64,000 bases of DNA from the NCBI GenBank assembly GCA_016748015.1, contig JAAOMT010000718.1, forward strand, positions 62,001 to 126,000, given 5' to 3'. Position numbers and translations under genes: made by a program. The notes below the pieces were generated by a model. That model worked only from the letters and a program-made list of their open reading frames with translations, was not told the origin of the DNA and did not search any database. Numbering within the stretch: the stretch's first letter is position 1; every line of letters begins with the position of its first letter. Positions 53,901-64,000 of the stretch are shown in pieces. Source of the DNA: Geosiphon pyriformis uo1. Lineage: Eukaryota > Fungi > Glomeromycota.

Positions 53901-56900
53901 ACATCATACAGGTAATCTAAACTAGATGTAAATCATGTATTTTCTACATGTGACCAGCCACTCAGACTAGTTAGAACAACACTAAGCACTTATATGCACC
54001 AAAACCATGTCACCTAAACCAGAAAAGAATAAACAAGATTTACAAAACCCAAAACGAACACCAAATGCATCTGCAATATCTAACAACCTAATCACACTGG
54101 CCAAGAGCACCAAAAAAAGACCAGAGACAGAAACAGAAATAGAACTATTACACAGGATCATACCATCTTTCTCCATAATTACCCAGTGCTTAGCATGTAC
54201 TAGCCAAACATCATCATGAAACACAAGACAAAATTCATGCACAAAGGCCATGATATTCTGAGCTGCAATCTTAAAGTCTCTAAAAACAGTAACAGATTTA
54301 CAATACCACTTCTTGAAAACAAAGCCCTTACACAGAGTTGTATCAACACCAACATTGGAAAAGCAAGTAAAAAGCAACTGTAAAACACACAAAGAAGAGC
54401 AAGATAAGCCTGAGTGTGCCTCCCAAGCAGATGCATAAATTTCCACCAACCAAGCACAACCAGCAGCATCAAATGGACAAGAAAACACATGGTCCAAAAC
54501 CTCTATATCACCACAGAATAGACATATTACACTGGAGTAACTCTTATTATAAAAATGCTTATGCACAGCAACCAGAAAATGATAATGCAATGCCTTCATA
54601 AAATATGTTTACAAGCCAGCAGTCTGAGCACTAGTAAAACCAGCAGCCAAATAAAAATCCAGATGCCATACCAAAGAAGATTTAGACCAATCAACATCAG
54701 CACACAGTCTATCCACCAAGACTCAGAATCTGGAACCAACCTCCTAGTGTGCACAATGAACAGATTAGAAAATGTCACAAACAAAATACCTAGAATTGCT
54801 GGACACTGCAATACCATCAGCCTTGAGAAAATGTTCATTAATTATGTGAGGAAGATACATATTAGAGAATGTAATAGCTCTAGCAAAAGCATCAGCATGC
54901 TTATTTCTCAAAACACCAGAATAATCTTTAACTTTAACCCAATTAACGTTCAAATTTTTGTGTTGAATAATGTCAACAATATAGTGATGCTCGATCCAAC
55001 ACCAATTTCTGAAATCCAGACAAGTCAATAAGAATTCTGACTTGCACACATCCAAAGCAGCCTGGCTGTTCGAAAACAAGTCAACCAAATGAGAAGGAGG
55101 AATACATTCGAGAGCCAGAGCAATGGCCTGCAATTCCACCATTGTAGAAGAAACTAACCTGGAAACCCCCACACCCAAACCCAAATTAATGTCCTCAAAA
55201 AAAACAGCAGCACCAGCTTTCATACCAAGAGTACCCAGCCCACTTAGAGAATCATCCATAAACAAAAACAGACGACCAGAATCAACCCTCAACAGATGAT
55301 TGCACACAACTTCAAACTCATGAGACTTAAGAATATTGGATGAACTATCGCATGGCAACAGAGAATCGCAAACAGAAGGCAGCCCAGAATCATTTAGATA
55401 GCAAACAAAAACATCAAACCAATGAGGAACTGGGCCCCAAGAGTCCAATCTTTTTCACTACTTGAAAGTCCTCCAATCGAAAACAAAACCAGTACAACTG
55501 TGAAGCTGCTCAACAAAGGCAATCCCATAATGCCGAAGCAAAAAAACACAATTATAAAAGGTGGGCTCACCAAGAATGACAAACATAAGGGTTCTACTTG
55601 GGAAATAAAAAGCATTGGTCACAAAACCACTCAGAGAAAGGTTGTATTCCAAAAAAATCTGGACAATGCTGGCCAAAAAGTTATTCAAAGGATTGATATT
55701 AACACGAAAAAGGAAAAGCAGAAGGTAATGAGAGCATCAGCTGAGAACCTGCAAATCATGTAATCTATACACAAACAAATGGCCCAAGATACCAACAGAA
55801 TTGGCAAACCCAACAACAGAAGCTGACTTACTTTCAGCTTGGATCTGTTTAAAAGACTTTAAACCATACAAAGAAGAGTGGTAAATAGCATTATTGGGAA
55901 AGTCACATGGCAAACCAGATTTGGATTTCAAACCCTTGTGAATTATAGTGTTTCATTTCACACACACATTAATAGAAACAAAACTGAACTGAGTCCTGTA
56001 TGCAATAATAGGATAAAGAATTGCCAACACCAAATATGAGAACTGTTTGTCAGAGACAGCCTTCCTTAGCATGAGATTGGTAAAAAACTGGACATCCAGA
56101 TAGGTCCTAGCCAAGCTAGGCTTTGACAAACCTTTAGTAGACAGAAAAATGCCCAAGTACCAATGAGACTCCCCTTTTTTGGCTATTGAAATAGGCAAAC
56201 CACTAATCAGCAAACAAGGCTTAGAGACTCTGCAATTAATGGGAATGACTACCATTTTGTCATTATTAATCAAAATGTTATTGATCTGAAAAAATTCACT
56301 AGTGATATTGAGAATATGTTGCATAGCAGTCTGACTGCTACTAACCCAAATAGTGTCATCAACAAAAGCACCTGCAGCAAGAAAAGAAGTCAAACTATTT
56401 CTGGTCATGAAGTGAGAGTCTAATCTGTATTTACATACACTTTCTTGTCTCTTGATTTCACACAAAAGAGGATTGTAAAATATGCACCAAAAAAAAGGAA
56501 AAAATACCTCCTCTTGGTCCAAACTATCATGTACCTGATATCCATTGGTCAATCCAAAATCTGTCATAACTCTGTTGACCCAACTATTATGAATGCCACC
56601 AAAAAACCAGATGAACTTGTCACACATCTTTATCCTAACTAAACTCTCCTTAAGATGTTCCCAGCCAACAGAATTATAAGCTTTCTGCATATTCTGCAAT
56701 ACCAGTCACAGTTTACAGTTCTTTTCCAAAGCATCCTCAATGACTGATCCAATAGTGAAGATAGGAGATTGTGTGGTCATATCTTTTAGAACAGAAAAAT
56801 TATCCCCTCTGAGAACATCAAACTTACTGCATGCAAAAGAAATTCTGTCTGAAAGAATCTTGGAGAGGATTTTGCGAGTTATTTCAATTAAAACAATAGG

Positions 56901-59900
56901 ACAGGTGTTCATAAGAACACTCTTCCACTCATATGGTTTGGGGATCATTAACACTCAAACCTCCTTCCAAGGCCCAGGAACAGATTCATAATCCAAGCAA
57001 AAATTCAAAAGCACCAAAAGCATATTCAAAACCAATTTGTCACAATGTTTCTATAACTCATTTGAGATACCAGAAAGACTAGCTGCTTTTCTATCAGGCA
57101 GATTTGAGATGACACCAGACATCTTATCAAAGTCAATTGGGCACATCACATCAGAAAAAGCATCATCAAAAACATACTCTAAAGGCTGGTATTGGCAATG
57201 TTATACATTAGAAACAACAGAAACCACATTGTACTTCCTAGTCCACCTTTCTATAATCACATCCATCTTGGTTTTAACCAGATCAGATTCCAAAACCAAT
57301 TCATTATCCATGACCAGATGATCCAAAGTCACTTTGCAAAAGGGACATTCCAACACACTTCTAATAGTATGATCTTTGTTTAATACGAAACTTTCCATCC
57401 TCTTATTTATTGCTGACCTAATTCTAGATTTCCTAATATGTTCTGCTTCTGACATTTTGAAAGAGCAATATAACTTCCTAACTTTGGACAGAACTGATCA
57501 AATAGCATCAAAGAAGGAATCTGACAGAAAAAGAGACTTCACCACAGAAGCATTAACTGAATCCAAACCCTCCTACTTGCTAAGCAAGGACATAAATTCT
57601 CCAAAAGAGTCTAAATGAGATGCCTTAACTAAATTTGACACCAAGAGCTCCCAGCTTGTGAAATTTGGATGACTCCTTAATGAAAACATAATTATAGTCC
57701 TTGAATCATTTCTTTTTAAAAACTACATCAGCAGACAGACATAACACTTTATGGAAAGCAATCCACATTGCATCCAGATTTAAGTACATACTGGTTGCAA
57801 GAAAGTTGTCATATAGCATAGCAGCATTTGCCATCATATTATCCCTAAATTTGGCCTATTTAATATCATCTGCACCTTTGCAATTGTACTTTCAATAATC
57901 CTTATTTGCCTGTTTATGAACCAAATTTAAGTGGACATCGAGCAAACCACCCAAACCCACCAACACTGAGACAGTCTGATAATCAGTATCAAAGTATTCC
58001 TCAACACCAAACATGCCATGACCTACTACCACATTGACCAAGTTCGAAGAAATGAGCACATCATCTATTGTCTTAACAGCACCTCAAAAATTGGACCAAG
58101 TTGGCGATTTTTCACAAGAGCTCCCATTCAAGACATTAACCAAACCAAAATCCAGGCATTTCTTGAAACTTGTATACTTATGAGAACCGTCTTCATTAAA
58201 ATCACCTCCGAGAATGACGAAAGAAAATTTATTGACAGCTTTTGTTATAAGAGAATTGATATTGCCTACCTGAAAAAACTGGGTCACTGAAAAGACACCA
58301 GTGTAAAGCCCCAAAATTGACACAGAAAGATTATTTTTGAAAAGCAACTTGATAGACAGGAGCCAATCAGGCACTTCCAAAACTTTACACACATGTTTTG
58401 TCAAAGAAGAGTTCATGACAACCACAACACTAGCACCCAAATAACCAGAATTTAAACCAGAGATAAATACCCATACACCATCAAATTTATTGACAATCCA
58501 GAGACAAACTTTCTCTTTTAATTCTGACTTTATAAAAATAGAAACTAGATTGTTCTTTTCCTTATGCCAACAAATGACATCATTCTGTTTTACAGAATTG
58601 TTCATTCCTCTAATATTACAAGTCACAACTTTTCAGATCATATCACTTATTGAGAAGAAAAAGGGGTAGAAACTGAACCAGCATTGTCCATTTTAGCTGA
58701 AAGGCTCATAACTGTGATTGAAAGATTGTTCAATGTTTTCTCTAATCTCGAGATAATCATAGGATCAAAAACCACTACTTCCATAACATTCTTGCCACCA
58801 GTGGCCACACCCAAACCCTCACTCATTACTATATCTGTCTCTTGATTTTGTGATGAAAGAGTTACCAATGGCTGACATCTAGGACTAAGCTGAGAAACCA
58901 TTGGCTCAGATGTGTCCAACCTTATAGCCAGCATGTCAATATGCTCTGTAAAGCTGGCAAGACTGCACTTAAGATCGGCAAACTTATCATTCAATTCCAA
59001 AAATACCAGTGGAGTAGGCTTCATCTCTGAAGAAGAGCCAGCTCTCAACAAAACATTCCGAACAGGAGAAAGAAGGAAAAAAGACCCACCAGCAATTTGC
59101 ACTCATGAGACACCACCAAAAGAAATAAGACAAGCAACTGAAGCTGAACGTTTAGCATAAATGGCAGCCAGTCTGTTTTTATCCAAGTCTGAGAAAGTTT
59201 TTCGCAATAAAGCACCAGAAAAAACACTCTTTTTCCCACCAACAGGGCAAGCCAATGATGTATGGCCCAATTTCTCACATCCAGCACACTTGGCCAAAAC
59301 AAGATGAGACCAATACAGATTAGCCCCTTTCAGCACTGATGTAGTTTCTATGACAGCATCCAATGACTCAGCAGAGTTAAAACAGACAGTAGCACACCTG
59401 GTCTGGGCATAAAAAATTGGATAATAGTTAATTACACAAGTTTTCTCACTCACTGAAGCAACATAATTCCAAATATTATGTGCATTGGTTCCCATTGGCA
59501 GAGTGTACAAAAGAGCTTTGTAAACATCATGCACATCCTATGATTCTTTGTCCACATCAAATCTAGCAACGTGCATAACATCCTTCTTGATCAAGATAAA
59601 CCAGCATGCTGCGACCAAATCAGCATGCTTAATCTGCTTAAATTCAACCACAGCTTTTTGCCACAGCTCCACCAATTGTATCTTGATCGACTTAATAATG
59701 CCAAACTCAGATAGCGCAGTGCGTACAGCCTTAGTTGAAATACCAATTGGAATTTTCTTTAATACCACAGCCTAATCTGAATGCCCAGATGGTTTTTTGA
59801 GATCAGAGTTTACCAAGATCTTCACCTCTTCAGCCTTTTTAGATGCCTGCACCAAACTTAATTTGGAAGTGAACATTGCTCTGACAATCCCAGCAAATTT

Positions 59901-60265
59901 TGAGAGGATAGAAGCCCCCCCCCAAAACCATTGATTTTTGAAAACAATTTTCTAACAACCACAAGCTTTTCCTGAGCAGATTTCCCAACAATATTATCCA
60001 AGCTAATGTCCAAAGTGAAAGACTTCCTAACAGAAACATTGACCAAGTTCTTTAAAGGGAGAGGAAAAACCACAAGTTTGTCCAAAAGTATATTATCAAT
60101 ATCATCACCCAAGAAGTTAATTTTTCCCAGTGGTTTTCCAAGTGCCCTTTTGGTAAGAATCTTCGAACTTTTAGGTATTTGCTCTGAGTCCTCTTCAGCA
60201 AAGGCTTCACCATCTCCATGATTAAAGCTGGTTTCCTCAACTAAACATTCCTCCTCTATATCTAC

Positions 60266-61151
60266 TGTTACTCATAAAAAGAAAACAGATATAGGAAAAC
60301 AGTAGACCAATAAGAAAGTAGTAGTTAGCATATAAGCATATTGCTCAGCAATATGGAGCAATGTGAACATTGCTTGAGAAATTATAGAACATTGCTTGAG
60401 AATGTAAGCAATTTTGTAGAACTCAAATTATGTATATATAGCAGTAGTATCAGAAGTTAGAAAATTAGTCAAGAAGACTCAAAGTCAATTGATTCACGAA
60501 GTCAATTAGACTCATAGAATTAATTAGACTCGCAAATCATAATTATTAAAAATACAAAAAAAAAGAATCCTTCCATTAGAATCAAAAGTTAGAAATCTTC
60601 CTTACACAAATATTAAATAAATCATCTACTATCCAAATTCACTCTCCACTATCAACACTTTATGTTGATAGTAATTGATACTTAACTATGCTAGAACAAT
60701 AGCTCTTGATCATGGCTATTAACGAGATACTAACTTGTGCATTGTCTTGGCTCATTTCTTTATTTTCTTTTATTTCTTTCTTTCTTTGATTTTTTTGTTA
60801 AATACTAACTAATTAAAGATTAAAGTGCTGAGTAATTGATGTCATAGATAGCCTGATAAAAGACCCAGAAATAAGGGTAAAATTATATATATATTAATAG
60901 ATAGCTTACCAGAAGAGCACAAATGCCAGAATAAATCTGGCCACTAAGCTGAGAAAAAAATTGGAAAACAACATACAAAAAAACTGCAAATAACCTAAAC
61001 AAAAAATCTTTGTCTATTATACAAAAGACTCATCAACTCTAAAACCTTCAGATACAACCAACATACTAGTATCACTAGCATTGTCAAGAAATTGAGCACC
61101 AAGTTACGGATTTGTTATTTGATTTGAGATTCCAAATAATCATCTGTAACA
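60266..61151. mobile_element. Solo LTR (family 2) inserted in LINE ORF1
   Basis: TGTTAC...GTAACA ends; removing it restores ORF1 ...TTKSDSV/DIEEECLVEETS; degenerate TSD CTAC/TCAC; homologous to 63136-64000 in reverse orientation. Confidence 0.85.
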
Positions 61152-61479
61152 TCACACTATCAGATTTAGTAGTATTACCAGTTTCAAAACTCCAAGAACA
61201 ACTACTTGATACCTTAGCAGCAGCAAATTTTCTACTATCAATATTATCCTCCAAAGCACCACCTCTTCTCTTCTTTCTGAATTCAGCAGACTTGACACCA
61301 ATATTAAAGCTAAGCTCCATAATAGACTTATTTAGAACCACAATACTAGAGCCAACAGTGGCCTCATAATCAAGCACAAACGATTTGGAATTAGCATACT
61401 AAATGATGAAAAACAAAAAAAACTTCTTTCAAAAAATTATTTTGGCTTTTTTTGAGAATTTGGGATAAACAAGAGAAAA

Positions 61480-62310
61480 AAGTTTTATATTTTTTTTATA
61501 AACTAAATTTATTCATATTTATATACTATTTTTTAATTCTATAAGATTGTTTCTAAAAGTTTGTTATTGTTAATTATTGTTTATTATTGTTAATTATTGT
61601 TTAATATTTTATATTATAACTAATTATTTTAAGTTATTGCTAATTATTTTGTATTATTTCATATTATTATATATTATTTTATATACTTTTTTAATTGATT
61701 ATGTTTTTAATAAATATGTTTATTAAGTTTAAATTTGCAATTAAAAAATTATTAAAAAAATAGCTTAAAAAAAACATTGGTGAAAAAAAAATATTTTAAT
61801 ATTTTTTAGTAACTTTTTATTTTTTGTGATTTGAGAATTAACAAAAAAAAACTATTTTACAGAAGTTACTTTTTTAAAAAATTTTAAATATTAATATTTT
61901 TTTATTTTATAAATAAAATTAAAAATTAAATTTTGAATTTAAAAAAACCAAATATTTATTACAATTTACAAACTTAAGTAATAACTAATCACATATAAAA
62001 AAAGTTAATTACATATTAAAATTACATTAATTATGTATATTATAATAAGATAAACATATATCATATTATTATTAATTACTATAAAATCATTCTTTTTTTT
62101 TTAGTAAAATATGCAATCAAATATTTCATAATAATTTTATCTTATATTATAATAATATGCTATTTATAATATATAATTATAATATAATATAATTATTTTA
62201 ACTTATTACATTGTTTTATTTTTTATTTATGTCTTTTATTTTCTGATTTATTGTATCTTTAATTTTATATTTTTAATTTTATTTATTGCTAAACTCTCTT
62301 AATATATAAG
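61480..62310. other. AT-rich spacer between the LINE copies
   Basis: Base composition; short TTATTGTTAA repeats. Confidence 0.75.
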
Positions 62311-62311
62311 T

Positions 62312-63135
62312 TTTTTTTTGTTTTTTATTTTGCATTTAAAGAGTAAAGCCCAACCACTATCTAATACATAGAACCAAACTAAAAGGTTCAAACTAATTGT
62401 GATTCATGCACTTTCTATATGTGGCTAGCCACTCAGGCCAGACAAAACAACACTACACACTTATAACTACACATGGATTGGGATCCAAACCAGAAAAAAA
62501 CAGACAAGACCTATGACAGCCAAAACTAACCACAAATGACTCAATAATACCAAGCATCCTAACCATTTCATCTGACAAAGCAGAGCTCATGCAACACGAC
62601 AAACCTGAGATCAACCCAGCATCTCCAATCAAACCAGCCCACTCTATATCCATCCTATGCTTAGCTCTAGTCAGCCATAACCTAGAACAATACAGCTCTG
62701 CCACTCTTTTTACAAAATCCACAATAGCACAAGCAGCTTTTTTCTTATCATCTAAAGTGCTAACAGCTTCTAGACACTAGTCTCTCATAAAAAAACCCTT
62801 ACACAAGGATGAATACAGTCCACTATCTAAAGAACAATGACTGAGGTACAGCAAAATGGCAGAAGATAACAAAAGATGAGATCTCAGCAAAGATATCCAC
62901 AATGTGGAAGCCTCAGCCAAAATATTCCTCCGAATGCCAACATTCATATCACATGAAAAGACATGGTTGGGCAACTCCATCTCACTACACAGCAAGCACA
63001 GCACACCAAGATAATGCTTGTCATACAATCTCTTTCGAACAGTCATTGGCAGATGGCAGTGAATGACTTTCATCAAATATGAACATAGACCAGAAGATTT
63101 CTGACTAGTAAAACCAGTGAGCATATGCAAATTGG
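62312..63135 (-). mobile_element. 3' portion of a second LINE of the same family
   Basis: CLLCSEMELPNHVFSC, LCKGF, FGCHRSCLFFSGL; 3' UTR homologous to the first LINE; poly(T) at ~62312; cut by an LTR at 63136. Confidence 0.88.
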
Positions 63136-64000
63136 TGTTACAGGTGATTATTTCTGCTGTCAAATTAAATAACAAACCTGTAACTTGGTGCTCAAAGCTA
63201 ATTGCAGTTGATATTGATCTGAAGGTTTAGTATCTGAAGGTTTTGGTTGAGTCCTTTGTATAATGAACAGAGATTCAATGGTGTCGATAGTAGATGTATC
63301 TTTCCAAGAGTTTTTCCAATTTCTTTCTCAGCGTGGTAGCCAGATTTAGTCTGGCAGTCGTGCCCTTCTGGTAAGCTATCTGATAATATATATAAAATCC
63401 TACTCTTATTTCTGGGTCTTTTACTAGGCTATCCTTGACGTCAATAACTCAGTACTTAATCTTTTAATTAATTAGTATACAACAAAAAATCAAAGAACAA
63501 AAGAAAATAAAATAAAAAAAAAATAAAAGAAAAAAAAGTAAAGAAAATAAGCCAAGGCAATTTGGTCCGTTAGTATCTCGTCAATAGCCGTGATCAAGAG
63601 CTATTGTTTTAGCGTGGTTAAGTATCAATTACTATCAACATAAAGTGTTGATAGTGGAGAGTGGATTGAGATATGGAATGATTATTTATTTGATGATTAG
63701 TTTCTTGGCTAAGAATTCTGTGGTATCAATTCTGTCTTTTCTGTTTCTAACACTACTGCTATATATACATAATTGAGATTCTTTAATTCCTCGATTCTTC
63801 ATGACAGGAATTCTGGAATTCCTGGAATCCTGCGATTCTGTTGAGAGGAATCCTGGAATTTTGGAATTCTGCAATCCTTCATTGAAAATCCTAAAATTCC
63901 TGGAATCTTGCAATTCCTGAGAGGAATCTTGGAATTCCATATTTACTATACCTACTTCTGATTGGCTAATAATTATGCTAAAATATTTCTATAAGTAACA
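63136..64000. mobile_element. LTR (family 2) ending exactly at the window edge; solo or full-length status unknown
   Basis: Starts TGTTACAGGTGATTATT and ends ATAAGTAACA; reverse-complement homology to 60266-61151; internal ~9-bp GGAATYCY repeats at ~63786-63940. Confidence 0.85.

Larger units (their letters stand above)
52155..61480 (-). mobile_element. Degenerate near-full-length LINE (ORF1; ORF2 = APE endonuclease, RT, RNase H, C-terminal CCHC), interrupted by LTRs
   Basis: APE TCNIRGMNN/ILGGDFNE (~58100-58630); RT QKAYNSVGWEHL/AFVDDTIW (~55950-56950); RNase H ELQAIALAL/SQAAL/WVKVK (~54800-55300); CLFCGDIEVLDHVFSC; ORF1 zinc knuckle CAGCEKLGHTSLAC; poly(T) on + at ~52155 = poly(A) tail; many stops and frameshifts. 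The 5' end is approximate. Confidence 0.92.

Noticed and set aside
54007-61369. Many short ORFs on both strands in the TE nest
   Set aside because: Minus-strand ones are fragments of one decayed LINE; plus-strand ones are antisense shadows.
63686-63940. 84-aa repetitive ORF
   Set aside because: Arises from ~9-bp tandem repeats inside an LTR.
60266-64000. The two inverted family-2 repeats as TIRs of one DNA transposon, or as LTRs of one retroelement
   Set aside because: Each has its own TG...CA ends, they are in opposite orientation, and each interrupts a different LINE, so they are independent insertions.

Overview
Eukaryotic fungal DNA with short introns. The gene set, minor-spliceosome introns and the style of the LINE/LTR repeats suggest an early-diverging fungus, probably Glomeromycotina (Geosiphon-like; this is inference, not a database result). 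CpG-rich gene islands alternate with extremely AT-rich, microsatellite-laden blocks. Housekeeping genes: GPR89/GPHR (runs off the left edge), CSF1/BLTP1, a Whi5/Nrm1-like repressor, RFT1, MIA40, a NIPA-type Mg transporter, a lipase-like protein, a SulP/SLC26 transporter, a divergent H3-H4 pair, GMF, MoaE and ERV14/cornichon. The last 12 kb is a CpG-depleted nest of two decayed RNase H-type LINEs invaded by four LTRs of two families. The most unusual items are: (1) a stand-alone, intact, intronless, CpG-rich gene in which a long acidic region with tandem SUMO-interacting-like motifs is fused to a DIRS-type tyrosine-recombinase catalytic domain; (2) a 46.6-50.4 kb locus containing a nuclease-like pseudogene rearranged into a ~233-bp near-perfect inverted repeat, a foldback MITE, and a divergent RPA43 (RNA Pol I stalk) gene with an extra N-terminal domain; (3) three U12-type introns, one of them AT-AC; (4) a lipase-like gene lacking the catalytic serine; (5) an intact hAT MITE with an 8-bp TSD. 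Exon boundaries and protein identities were read by eye, and no searches were run.
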